47,070 nt of DNA from Prevotella sp. (GCA_031285625.1 JAITVV010000062.1:1-47070); one strand, 5' to 3'. Positions 19,129 to 29,348 are shown, numbered from the stretch's first letter. Notes: generated by a model from the letters alone, not told the origin. A program made the numbers and translations.

Positions 19129-20706
19129 ATGAAAAATATAGTCAAAATATTCGTATTAGGAGCATTTGCATTATTATTCAGCAATTGTTCCGACTTCTTG
19201 GATGAACCTGTATTAGGGCAGGAGAATCTTGATACATATTATCAAACTGAAGAAGAGTGTCTGAAGCAATTAGCCGGATGTTATCAGGGTATATTCTGGG
19301 ATGGTTGGTGGCAGATAGCTGCACCAAATGTAGGATTTGATATGGCTACAGATGATTTATGGATGGGTAATACAACTCAGTCTCAAAGTGATTGGCTTAG
19401 AATGACTCATTATGGAAATCCAAAACAAGATGGGCCTCTAAGCAATTATTGGCAATATCGTTACAAATCTATTTTGAGATGTAATATAGTGATCGATAAA
19501 GTAGCCACAGCTCCTATTACAAATGAAGACTTACGTAAAAGAATTATTGCGGAGGCTAAATTTTTGCGTGCATTCAATTATTTCGAATTAGTTAAGAATT
19601 ATGGAGGAGTTCCTGTTATCACCGGAATGAAATTACCAAGCGAAATACAGGGTATACAGCGTGAAACTACAGAAGGTACGTATGCTGTAATTGAGCAAGA
19701 CTTGAAGGATGCAATTACTGACCTGCCACTCAGAAGTGAGTACCCTTCGGCTGATTTAGGACGTGCCACACAGGGTGCAGCAATGGGATATTTAGGAAAA
19801 GCATATTTATATCAGGGTAAATACAGCGAGGCGTTCAAAATACTGGGAGAACTTATTAATACCCAAGAATATGATTTGTGTACTAATTTTAAAGATGTAT
19901 GGTCTGTCGAAAATAACAATAATATAGAATCATTATTTGAGGTACAATATAGTTCCGATATCAGCTATAATCTGGGTGGACGCCTTCCTGTATTTACAGG
20001 CTCTCGTGACGATTCGGGATGGTCGTGGGGATTGCCTACCAGTAACTTGGAAAAAGCATTTATTGATGCGGGTGATACAGAGCGTCTTCGCTGGACAATT
20101 GTAAAACATGGTGATGATGTTCCCGGAGACGATACCGACGAAGCTAAGAATTATGTAATATCTCCTGATAAGCATAAATCGGCCCGTATAAACAGAAAGT
20201 TTTATATACCACACGATTTGCGTCCTTCACCTTACGATTCTGATCATAATAATCTGAATCACAGATTACTCCGCTTCGCTGATGTGCTTCTGATGTACGC
20301 TGAAGCTGCTAATGAAGAAGGTAATGATGGTGAGGCACGTAAGGCTCTTAAAAGAGTGAGAGACAGGGTCAGCTTGCCCGAAGTAACCGCATCGGGGAAA
20401 ACATTACGTGATGCGATCAGATTGGAGAGAAGACTGGAACTGGCCCTTGAGTTTCAACGCTTATATGATATTCGCCGCTGGACAGATGATAATGGGAAAA
20501 AAGCAATATGCAACATCATGGGTGAAAACGGAACATTTGTCAGATATAATATGTATGAATCGACAGATGAATATGAAACAACAAACCAGAAAGAGAACAG
20601 TAATAAAGGTATAACATTTCAGGAGAACAGGGACTTACTGTTTCCTATACCTAACACGGAGGTTCTTCTTTCGGGTGGAAGTATTGCTCAGAATCCTAAT
20701 TTCTAA
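19129..20706 (+). CDS. susD: SusD/RagB family nutrient-binding lipoprotein
   Basis: CSDFLDE, EAKFLRAFNYF, RFADVLLMYAEA, ERRLELALE, FPIP...QNP. Confidence 0.96.
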   Translation: MKNIVKIFVLGAFALLFSNCSDFLDEPVLGQENLDTYYQTEEECLKQLAGCYQGIFWDGWWQIAAPNVGFDMATDDLWMGNTTQSQSDWLRMTHYGNPKQDGPLSNYWQYRYKSILRCNIVIDKVATAPITNEDLRKRIIAEAKFLRAFNYFELVKNYGGVPVITGMKLPSEIQGIQRETTEGTYAVIEQDLKDAITDLPLRSEYPSADLGRATQGAAMGYLGKAYLYQGKYSEAFKILGELINTQEYDLCTNFKDVWSVENNNNIESLFEVQYSSDISYNLGGRLPVFTGSRDDSGWSWGLPTSNLEKAFIDAGDTERLRWTIVKHGDDVPGDDTDEAKNYVISPDKHKSARINRKFYIPHDLRPSPYDSDHNNLNHRLLRFADVLLMYAEAANEEGNDGEARKALKRVRDRVSLPEVTASGKTLRDAIRLERRLELALEFQRLYDIRRWTDDNGKKAICNIMGENGTFVRYNMYESTDEYETTNQKENSNKGITFQENRDLLFPIPNTEVLLSGGSIAQNPNF

Positions 20707-20778
20707 TTAGGGTGAAGAGGTATTTAGGCTCGGATAGTGTACCCAGAGGTGGGTGCACTATCTATAATTAATTAAAAC

Positions 20779-22398
20779 ATGATATTTATGAAAAAAGTAC
20801 GATATATATTATTTGCTTGGCTGCTTGTTGCTGCCTTTTCCTGTAATGACGATCCTGATCCGACAATAGCTCCTGACAAAGGTTCCGGAAACGAGACTCC
20901 GGAAGGTTCCGAAAATGTAGTTATCAATATAAGCCAGACATACCAAACAATAGAAAGTTTCTCCGCATCCGATTGCTGGGCACCCAATTATATAGGTACG
21001 TATTGGGCTAATGAAGAGAAAGAAAGTATGGCTAAGTTGCTATTTTCCGGTGATATTACTGATGGACAACCTGAAGGTATCGGTTTGTCAGGATGGCGAT
21101 TCAATTTGGGAGGAGGTACTGCACAACAAGGTGCTGCCAGTGGAATAGAGGATGCTGCCAGACGGGCTGAGTCTTTTATGAATCCTGTTGATGGCACATT
21201 GGACTGGACAAAACAAGCAGGACAGCAGTATTTTCTGGACAAGGCAAAACAATATGGTTGTGAACAGTTTGTTATGTTCAGTAATACACCTCCGGTATAT
21301 CTGACCCGTAATGGTAAAGGATATTCTGAAATGGGCGCTTATTCAAATCTGAAAGAAGATTGTTATGATGATTTTGCAAGGTATATAACAAGTGTTCTGG
21401 AGTACTTCAGAACGAATAAAGCAATCAACTTTGCCTATATCAGCCCTGTCAACGAACCACAATACAATTGGGAAGGTGGCCAGGAAGGTTCCGGATGGCA
21501 AAATAGCGAAATAAAGAAACTATCCGTAGAAATAAATAAAGCAATAGAAGAGAAGGGGTTGGATACAAAAATATTATTAGCAGAAGCCGGAGCTTGGAAT
21601 TATTTATATGAGGCAGATGGTGATGCCGGACGTAAGAATGTTATATATAACCTTTTTGATAATACTTCATCCAACTATGTAGGAGACCTGGCGCATGTGG
21701 CACCTGTTATAGCCGGACATAGTTATTGGACGGACGGTAGTTGGCAAAATATGGTGGATGTTAGGACACAGGTTGCATCAAAAGCGGGAGCGGCAGGACT
21801 GAAAGTGTATCAGACAGAGTGGAGCATGCTGGGCGATGGTTACAGTAATGAATTTATCGGTTTCGATGATGCTTCTTACATGGATATTGCTTTGTATATG
21901 TCTAAAGTTATACATTGCGACCTGGTTTATGCAAATGTTTCTTCCTGGTCTTATTGGACTAGTATCGACTTAGAGCGTTGGAGCCATAAAAACAGATTTC
22001 TGTTAATAAAAGTAACTCCGGCAGGTGGTGACTATGGAGATATTACACAGAGTGGTACACATGAGGCAACTAAAACTTTGTGGGTTTTGGGTAATTATAG
22101 CTTGTTTGTCCGCCCCGATTATAAACGTATCGGGCTGGATATGAAAAATACTTCTAAGGATCTGTTCGGAAGTGCATATATTTCACCTGATGGTAAAAAA
22201 CTTGTTGCTGTATACACTAATCTGTCTTCAAGTCGCTACGATGTCAGAGCTGATATAGGAAGCGTTGAGATAAACTCAATAAAAACATATACTACGAGCC
22301 AAACCCAGGATTTGGCAGAAGCGACTGTTCAGAATGTAGAAAACTCCATATTTGTTAATCCGGCTTCTGTGTTGACAGTTGTATATGATTTAAAATAG
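20779..22398 (+). CDS. Glycoside hydrolase family 30 lipoprotein (start may be ATG 20788)
   Basis: WRFNLGGG, SPVNEP (acid/base), YQTEW (nucleophile), LGNYSLFVRP; lipobox AFSC plus NDD export signal. Confidence 0.85.
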   Translation: MIFMKKVRYILFAWLLVAAFSCNDDPDPTIAPDKGSGNETPEGSENVVINISQTYQTIESFSASDCWAPNYIGTYWANEEKESMAKLLFSGDITDGQPEGIGLSGWRFNLGGGTAQQGAASGIEDAARRAESFMNPVDGTLDWTKQAGQQYFLDKAKQYGCEQFVMFSNTPPVYLTRNGKGYSEMGAYSNLKEDCYDDFARYITSVLEYFRTNKAINFAYISPVNEPQYNWEGGQEGSGWQNSEIKKLSVEINKAIEEKGLDTKILLAEAGAWNYLYEADGDAGRKNVIYNLFDNTSSNYVGDLAHVAPVIAGHSYWTDGSWQNMVDVRTQVASKAGAAGLKVYQTEWSMLGDGYSNEFIGFDDASYMDIALYMSKVIHCDLVYANVSSWSYWTSIDLERWSHKNRFLLIKVTPAGGDYGDITQSGTHEATKTLWVLGNYSLFVRPDYKRIGLDMKNTSKDLFGSAYISPDGKKLVAVYTNLSSSRYDVRADIGSVEINSIKTYTTSQTQDLAEATVQNVENSIFVNPASVLTVVYDLK

Positions 22399-22559
22399 GA
22401 GTATTGTGCGCTATTTATAGTATAAATAAAGACTAGAAAGTTTATCTATTTACAGAGCATTTGAATATGAAATAAAGGGGAAAAGTAACGTTTAAAAACT
22501 ATGATAAAAGTGTTACTTTTGTTACCTTTTCTGATAAATGTGTTGATAATTAATTTGTT

Positions 22560-24476
22560 ATGAAAAATGTAAAATTATTACTTGTTACCTTTTTGTCGAT
22601 TATACCTTTTATTGTTTCCTCTCAGGAATATAAAGCCGGTATTGAAGAAAAAGACTATGTTGCTTATTTGTTTACATATTTTACCGGGAATCAGGTAGAA
22701 GAAGAAGCTATTCATTATGCAATCAGTGCAGATGGATATAGCTATTATACCTTAAACAATAATAAACCTGTTATCGATTCTAAGGTAATAAGTTCTACGG
22801 GAGGAGTGCGTGATCCTCATTTGTTGAGAACTGAAGATGGTAAATCCTTTTATATGGTAGTTACCGATATGACTTCATCAAAGGGGTGGGAGTCGAACAG
22901 GGCGATGATACTGATGAGGTCTGATGATTTGATACATTGGACATCAAATATAATCAACATCCAGGAAAAATATCCTGATCAGGAAAATCTGAAAAGAGTG
23001 TGGGCGCCGCAAACGGTCTATGATCCTGAGGCAGGCAAGTATATGGTGTACTGGTCTATGAAGCACGGCGATGGAGAGGATATTATCTATTATGCATATG
23101 CTAATAAAGAGTTCTCTGACTTGGAAGGTGAACCCAAACAATTATTTTCCCCTTCTAATGGTAAATCATGTATAGATGCGGATATTGTATTAAAAGATGG
23201 TGTCTTCTACATGTTCTATAAAACAGAAGGGCACGGAAATGGAATTAAACTGGCAACAACTACTTCTCTTACATCTGGTCAATGGATAGAACATGAAGGA
23301 TATAAGCAGCAAACATCTGAGGCTGTTGAAGGGTCAAGCGTATTCAAATTGATAAATACCGATACTTATATTCTCATGTATGATGTGTATATGAAAGGAA
23401 AGTATCAGTTTTGTGAAAGTGCCAATCTGGAGGATTTTAAGGTTATAGATCATGAAATATCAATGAACTTTCACCCTCGTCATGGTTCTGTTGTTCCTAT
23501 AACAAAAAAAGAATTGAAATCCTTAACAGATAAATGGGGGAAACCTGATGGTTATCCTGATATACCAAAAAATCCTGTGCTGACAGGTTATTATGCCGAT
23601 CCGGATATTCTCTATTCAAATAAAACAGAAAAGTATTACATCTATCCTACCAGTGATGGTTTTGATGGTTGGGGCGGCTATTATTTCAAGGCTTTTTCTT
23701 CAGATAATTTGACGGATTGGAAAGATGAAGGTGTTATCCTTGATCTGAAGAAAGATGTTTCGTGGGCCGATGGGAATGCATGGGCACCTTGTATCATAGA
23801 GAAAAAAATAGGGGGAGACTATCAGTATTACTATTACTTTAGTGGAGGAAAAGACGGCGGTACTAAAAAGATAGGAGTGGCAGTGGCTGATAATCCTACC
23901 GGGCCATTTGTCGATTCAGGAAGTCCTCTTATAACTTTTAAACCCAAGGGCGTAAATGGAGGACAGGAGATAGACCCGGATGTATTTTGTGACCCTGAGA
24001 CCGGGAAAAATTATATCTATTGGGGTAACGGCTATATGGGTGGAGCAGAGCTGAATGATGACATGATCTCTATAAAAAAGAATACTGTGAAAGAAATGAC
24101 TCCGGATAATACATTCAGGGAGGCTGTCTATGTATTTTACCGTAAAGGACTTTATTATTTCTTATGGTCGGAAGACGATACGGGTAGTGTAAACTATAAA
24201 GTTCGTTATGCTACGGCAAAATCCCCACTTGGCCCGTTAGTAATCCCTACTGATAATATTGTGATAATGAAAGATGAATCAAAAGGGATTTTCGGTACGG
24301 GACATAATTCAGTCTTACAGATTCCGGGTAAAGATGAATGGTATATAGTCTATCATCGTATATCCCGTCCTGATGGTATTAAGAAAGTCTATCCCGGAAC
24401 TTCACGTGAAGTGTGTATAGATCGACTTGAATTTGGAGAAGATGGAAGTATCAGACGAGTGATACCTTCTTTATAA
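22560..24476 (+). CDS. Tandem GH43-GH43 glycoside hydrolase
   Basis: Domain 1: GVRDPH, VWAP, CIDAD, VEG; domain 2: YADPD, AWAP, EIDPD, GHNS; signal peptide. Confidence 0.9.
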   Translation: MKNVKLLLVTFLSIIPFIVSSQEYKAGIEEKDYVAYLFTYFTGNQVEEEAIHYAISADGYSYYTLNNNKPVIDSKVISSTGGVRDPHLLRTEDGKSFYMVVTDMTSSKGWESNRAMILMRSDDLIHWTSNIINIQEKYPDQENLKRVWAPQTVYDPEAGKYMVYWSMKHGDGEDIIYYAYANKEFSDLEGEPKQLFSPSNGKSCIDADIVLKDGVFYMFYKTEGHGNGIKLATTTSLTSGQWIEHEGYKQQTSEAVEGSSVFKLINTDTYILMYDVYMKGKYQFCESANLEDFKVIDHEISMNFHPRHGSVVPITKKELKSLTDKWGKPDGYPDIPKNPVLTGYYADPDILYSNKTEKYYIYPTSDGFDGWGGYYFKAFSSDNLTDWKDEGVILDLKKDVSWADGNAWAPCIIEKKIGGDYQYYYYFSGGKDGGTKKIGVAVADNPTGPFVDSGSPLITFKPKGVNGGQEIDPDVFCDPETGKNYIYWGNGYMGGAELNDDMISIKKNTVKEMTPDNTFREAVYVFYRKGLYYFLWSEDDTGSVNYKVRYATAKSPLGPLVIPTDNIVIMKDESKGIFGTGHNSVLQIPGKDEWYIVYHRISRPDGIKKVYPGTSREVCIDRLEFGEDGSIRRVIPSL

Positions 24477-24482
24477 TATAAA

Positions 24483-24508
24483 AAAGCCAGTGAATATTCA
24501 CTGGCTTT
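24483..24508. terminator. Bidirectional terminator between GH43 and glgP
   Basis: Perfect palindrome aaagccagtgaatattcactggcttt between convergent genes. Confidence 0.85.
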
Positions 24509-24529
24509 CTTCTTATACTTATTTGTCTA

Positions 24530-27115
24530 TTAGATCCAACGTACAAAAGCAAAATCCTGACGATGCGCCATGTCAGAGTGTACAGGGTACACGCGATATG
24601 CAAAATTACATGCTCCAGGTATCTTAGCTACTGTGTTCAGTTCGAAATAAAGTTTAGATCCTTCTTTCTTGATCAGCTTAAACTCATCAGCAGACATAAA
24701 CTTATCTTCTTTCTTTTCAGCATCATATTCTGTTAATACACAGTCAACTCCTAAGTCTCCGATCATATTCTTTTTGTCTATTACGATCTCTACTTTCATT
24801 TTCTCACCTTCAGTAAAGTTAGGCATAGCTAAAGCTGTACCATCTTTTATATCCTGACCGTTAAATGTAAGTTGTTCTACTGTAAACTTATCCCAGTTAG
24901 CTGCAGTATCCTCTTTCCATGCTGCCAATTCTTTAGCTTTAGCATAGTTATTTGCTGTAACTAGTTTAGTGCGGACCTGTTCAGGTTTATAGAAGTTCTT
25001 GATATAATCATCGATCATACGCTTTGTTGTATATTCTGGTGCGATATGAGCGATTGAATTTTTGATGTACTGTATCCATTCAGGAGAATATCCTTTTGAA
25101 TTACGTGCATAGTATGTTGGCAGGATTTCATTTTCGAAAGTAGAATAGATCTCCGCTGCATCCAGTTCATCCTGATATGCCTGATTGGAGTATGTACGTT
25201 TATCAGTTAAGCACCAACCGGCATCTTTACGATAACCTTCATACCACCATCCGTCAAGTACAGAGAAGTTAAGAACTCCATTCATCTCAGCTTTTTCTCC
25301 TGAAGTTCCTGAAGCCTCTAACGGACGTGTAGGAGTATTTAACCAGATATCCACACCCGAAATAAGGCGTTTAGCCAGACGCATATCATAATTTTCAAGG
25401 AAGATGATCTTTCCGAGGAACTCAGGACGACGCGATATCTCTACGATTTGTTTGATCAAACCTTGTCCTGCACCATCAGCAGGGTGAGCTTTTCCTGTAT
25501 ACAGGAATTGAATCGGGTATTTTTCATTATTCACTAACTTAGCCAAACGATCTAAGTCTGTAAATAACAGATGTGCACGTTTATATGTTGCAAAACGACG
25601 GCCAAATCCAACTAAAAGAGCGTCAGGATTAATTTTGTCTACAATGTTGAATATTGCAGACGGAGCTTTTTGGCTTTTGATCCATCCCTCTTTCATTTGT
25701 TCCTGTACATAGCTTATAAGACGTTTTTTCAAGATAGAACGAATATTCCACAGGTCTTCATCTTTCACACTGTAGATATTATCCCATATTTCGTGATTAG
25801 ACTGATCTTCGTAGAAGTTCTTGTCAAAAGTCTTTTCATACAGAACTTTCATCTCTTTAGCCGTCCATGTTGGCATATGCACACCATTGGTAACATGTCC
25901 TACATGCAGTTCTTCAGGGAAGTATGCTGGCCAAACAGGTTGGAACATATGACGGGAAACTATACCATGCAGGTAACTTACACCATTTGCTTCGAGACAA
26001 GTATTCAACGCGAAAACGCTCATACTGAATTTTTCTCCACTTCCGGGATGTTCACGTCCCATATCTACAAAGTCTTGCCATGAAATACCCAGACGAGCCG
26101 GATAGCTACCAAGGTATTTACCAAGAAGACCTTCATCGAAATAGTCATGTCCTGCAGGTACCGGAGTATGTACAGTATATAGTCCAGACGCACGAACAAC
26201 TTCCAATGCCTGATTGAAAGTTAATCCTTCACCTTCGATAAGGTCGAGCAAGCGCTGAACGTTGATCAATGCTGCATGTCCTTCATTACAGTGATAGATT
26301 TCTTTCTTTATTCCCAGCTTGTTTAATAAGTGGATACCACCTATACCTAGCAGATATTCTTGTTTCAGACGGTTTTCCCAGTCTCCACCATATAGTTGAT
26401 GTGTAATCGGCTTATCATATTCACTATTCAGATCGATATCGGTATCAAGTAGGTATAAGTTTATACGTCCTACACATACTTTCCATACATTTGCATACAC
26501 ATCTCTGTCTGGATAAGGAACAGCAAGGATCATTTGATTACCATCCTCATTCAGTACAGGTTCGATAGGTAATTCTCCGAAATTTTGTGATTCATAGACA
26601 GCAACTTGTTGTCCGTCAGGTGAAATTGATTGAGTGAAATATCCATAACGATAAAGGAAACCAACTCCGGTCAGATCGACATGGCTATCGCTGGCTTCTT
26701 TCAGGTAGTCACCTGCAAGGACACCAAGGCCTCCTGAATATATTTTCAATACATGAGTAAAACCATATTCCATGCTGAAATAGGCAATTGAAGGTTTTGA
26801 TGTATCGAATTTCTTGGACATATAAGTATCAAAATTCTTAATAACGCTTTTTACCTTATTCATTAAGGTTGCATCCTTAAGGATTTCGTCGATTCTTTCG
26901 TAAGACAGTTTCTGTAATAAGACTACAGGATTATTTCCTGAATCTTTCCATAGTTGAGGATCAAATTCTGCAAAAAGATCTGTTGCATCGTTGTTCCATA
27001 CCCACCATAAGTTGCGTGAGATTTTCTCTAACGGCAGCAGTTCTTTTGGTAAATTTACTTGTGTATGCGCACTTCTCCATGATGGAGTGTTCGAATAACT
27101 TGCTTTAATTCTCAT
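24530..27115 (-). CDS. glgP: Alpha-glucan (glycogen) phosphorylase, GT35
   Basis: YFSMEYG, YSGGLGVLAGD, HCNEGH, RRFATYKR and the PLP-site EASGTSGEK. Confidence 0.96.
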   Translation of the reverse strand: MRIKASYSNTPSWRSAHTQVNLPKELLPLEKISRNLWWVWNNDATDLFAEFDPQLWKDSGNNPVVLLQKLSYERIDEILKDATLMNKVKSVIKNFDTYMSKKFDTSKPSIAYFSMEYGFTHVLKIYSGGLGVLAGDYLKEASDSHVDLTGVGFLYRYGYFTQSISPDGQQVAVYESQNFGELPIEPVLNEDGNQMILAVPYPDRDVYANVWKVCVGRINLYLLDTDIDLNSEYDKPITHQLYGGDWENRLKQEYLLGIGGIHLLNKLGIKKEIYHCNEGHAALINVQRLLDLIEGEGLTFNQALEVVRASGLYTVHTPVPAGHDYFDEGLLGKYLGSYPARLGISWQDFVDMGREHPGSGEKFSMSVFALNTCLEANGVSYLHGIVSRHMFQPVWPAYFPEELHVGHVTNGVHMPTWTAKEMKVLYEKTFDKNFYEDQSNHEIWDNIYSVKDEDLWNIRSILKKRLISYVQEQMKEGWIKSQKAPSAIFNIVDKINPDALLVGFGRRFATYKRAHLLFTDLDRLAKLVNNEKYPIQFLYTGKAHPADGAGQGLIKQIVEISRRPEFLGKIIFLENYDMRLAKRLISGVDIWLNTPTRPLEASGTSGEKAEMNGVLNFSVLDGWWYEGYRKDAGWCLTDKRTYSNQAYQDELDAAEIYSTFENEILPTYYARNSKGYSPEWIQYIKNSIAHIAPEYTTKRMIDDYIKNFYKPEQVRTKLVTANNYAKAKELAAWKEDTAANWDKFTVEQLTFNGQDIKDGTALAMPNFTEGEKMKVEIVIDKKNMIGDLGVDCVLTEYDAEKKEDKFMSADEFKLIKKEGSKLYFELNTVAKIPGACNFAYRVYPVHSDMAHRQDFAFVRWI

Positions 27116-27236
27116 AGATGTTAAATATTTAAACTTGTATAGATTTCTATCAATTATCGTATATCACAAGGTTACAAATATAACATATTTGATGATCCTT
27201 ATGTTTGTATTCTGAAAATATAGTCTTCATAAAAAT

Positions 27237-27250
27237 TGCAAACGTTTGCA
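27237..27250. promoter_or_regulatory. LacI/GalR-type operator-like palindrome upstream of glgP
   Basis: Perfect 14-bp palindrome TGCAAACGTTTGCA with central CG, fitting TGnAAnCGnTTnCA. Confidence 0.6.
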
Positions 27251-27259
27251 CAGAGTAAA

Positions 27260-28912
27260 TTACTTTCTCTCAGATGCTTTGTTTAAAGCGATACTGTAAG
27301 CTTCTTCGTAATATTTAAAGAAGTGTGCCCAGTCGGCTAGTGCTGCGCGGTCAAGAGCGGCTTTGCGTAATAAACGTTCTTGTTCGGCACTTTTTGTAGT
27401 CATTTCAAAGACACGGTTGCATATATCTTCTGATACTTCTATGAAGTTGTAATCATCACGGGTTATTACCTCGGCGCCATCATCCATTCCTTTTTCATCT
27501 CCCATTTTGCGCATCCATAAACCAAATCCGGCAAGAGAGGAAGTTATGGTAGGTACAGAGAAAGCAATACTTTCATGTGGAGTATAGCCCCATGGCTCAT
27601 AATATGAAGGAAAAACTGTAACGTCCATTCCTATCAGTAGATCATAGTATGGTACATTGAATATACCGTCATTGCCATTCAAATAAGACGGTACAAAAAT
27701 AATTTTTACTTTATCTTCTTTCTTATTCAACATGCGTAGATATGAAATCTGATTCAGAATAGAATCATTATTCATATTTTTAATCCAGTGTGTTATATGT
27801 GGATGGCTAAGTGATGTATCAGGGGTTTTCTTCGTTTTTAGCCGTTCCTGTAGATCGGAGCGGGGAGAGTCTATCCATGCCGGAACCATAATAAATGCTA
27901 TTACATCTTTTTCCAGCTGCTTTATTTGTTCCAGGCGGCTCATTGCATCTACAAAAACGTCGAGGCCTTTATTTCTGTATTCATAACGTCCGCTTGTAGC
28001 TACTAATAATGCATCTTCTTGTATATCGTAGCCCAAAAGCTTTTCTGTAACGTTAATTAATATTTTACGTGCATCTAGTCGTATTTTCTCATGGGCATCG
28101 CCTACAGGAATAAAGTCTTTTTCAAAACCATTGGGAGTAACCAGAGGTTCGCGATGAAGCAATTGTTTACATTCTTTTGCTGTAATATCACTTACAGTAG
28201 TAAAGCAATCCACTTGTTGGGCAGCTATTTTTTCTATTGAATGTTTTGCCTGCATATTCAATTCGCGAGCCATCTGGTCGCTGTCATATGCCGATAAATA
28301 ATTGTATAAAGGTTTGCCATTTCCTGCGATAGAGCGTCCTATTGAAGTGGCATGTGTCGTAAATATTGTACCTATAGCCGGTAAACGGTCTTTTATATAT
28401 AAGGCACCCATTCCCAGCATCCATTCGTTGAAGTGGGCGATAACTTTTTTATTTTCGAGATTGTGGAATTTGTAGAAACTTTCAATTACTGTACCTGTTG
28501 CATATGCAAACATACAGGCTTCATCGTAATCGCCATATGCATGAAGTGAGTCTACTCCAAACTTATTCCACATATAGCCATATATAGCATCTTTATGTAA
28601 AAAAGCCTGACTAAAATCGACCAATACAACGATTGGTCTACCTGGTACAAGCCACCTTCCTACCCGTATGTCGAGACGGTCAAAAACTGTTGCAGCCTTA
28701 ACCCAATCAGCCAAAAGGCTTTTATCTTCTTCAAACCATGGGTTTTCTTTTTCTTTCCAGATATCAGGTCCGATAAAAATGGCTTTATCTTTATGTCGGT
28801 CCTGCATCGATTTAGCTTTGGTTGATAAAACAGTATAAATGCCTCCAACCTTATTACATACTTCCCAGCTGGTTTCAAAAATATAATTAGGTGTATTGGT
28901 TCGTTTTGCCAT
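27260..28912 (-). CDS. Glycogen synthase, GT3 family
   Basis: FETSWEVCNKVGGIYTV, FTTHAT, GRYEYRNKG, FPSYYEPWGYTP. Confidence 0.93.
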   Translation of the reverse strand: MAKRTNTPNYIFETSWEVCNKVGGIYTVLSTKAKSMQDRHKDKAIFIGPDIWKEKENPWFEEDKSLLADWVKAATVFDRLDIRVGRWLVPGRPIVVLVDFSQAFLHKDAIYGYMWNKFGVDSLHAYGDYDEACMFAYATGTVIESFYKFHNLENKKVIAHFNEWMLGMGALYIKDRLPAIGTIFTTHATSIGRSIAGNGKPLYNYLSAYDSDQMARELNMQAKHSIEKIAAQQVDCFTTVSDITAKECKQLLHREPLVTPNGFEKDFIPVGDAHEKIRLDARKILINVTEKLLGYDIQEDALLVATSGRYEYRNKGLDVFVDAMSRLEQIKQLEKDVIAFIMVPAWIDSPRSDLQERLKTKKTPDTSLSHPHITHWIKNMNNDSILNQISYLRMLNKKEDKVKIIFVPSYLNGNDGIFNVPYYDLLIGMDVTVFPSYYEPWGYTPHESIAFSVPTITSSLAGFGLWMRKMGDEKGMDDGAEVITRDDYNFIEVSEDICNRVFEMTTKSAEQERLLRKAALDRAALADWAHFFKYYEEAYSIALNKASERK

Positions 28913-28997
28913 AAGTGATATTGGTGTTCTCAGTCTTTCTCCTAAACTTAAAAACTATTAAATATAGACGAATAAAGACTGTAATTTCTTTTTTTAG

Positions 28998-29031
28998 TAC
29001 CTTTGCGCTCGTCAAACGGACGACAAAGATA
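28998..29031. promoter_or_regulatory. Face-to-face pair of -7 promoter elements
   Basis: TACCTTTG on + (28998-29005) and TATCTTTG on - (29024-29031). Confidence 0.6.
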
Positions 29032-29066
29032 AGAAAGAATATAAACTTATAAAAGATATTTTCATC

Positions 29067-29348
29067 GTGAGTAGCAGAAGAAATCTAAAAAAAAGCATAA
29101 ATTCTACAATGGATTTGCTTTATACTGATTGCATTTTTTACAAAGTGTTTGTTGTAGATGCCGATAAGGAAGCGGCAGACAAAGTTATAATGCATATAGC
29201 TGAAACTCAGGCTGAGTTTTTAAAACGTGCAAATATCAGTGAAGGTAAAGAGGTGAAAGGCCGGGTTCGTGCTTACTATAAGAAGTTGAGAGCAGACTTT
29301 AAAACTCAAATAAATGCCATTGCTAAGGAAATTGAATCTTTGGGCTAA
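29067..29348 (+). CDS. Conserved hypothetical protein (GTG start)
   Basis: 93-aa helical ORF downstream of a promoter, stop overlapping the next start (TAATG); SRRNLKKSIN N-terminus resembles a Bacteroidales family. Confidence 0.75.
   Translation: MSSRRNLKKSINSTMDLLYTDCIFYKVFVVDADKEAADKVIMHIAETQAEFLKRANISEGKEVKGRVRAYYKKLRADFKTQINAIAKEIESLG

Noticed and set aside
27170-27220. Cur-like TATGTT/AACATA half-sites upstream of glgP
   Set aside because: Only isolated half-sites, in the wrong orientation and spacing.
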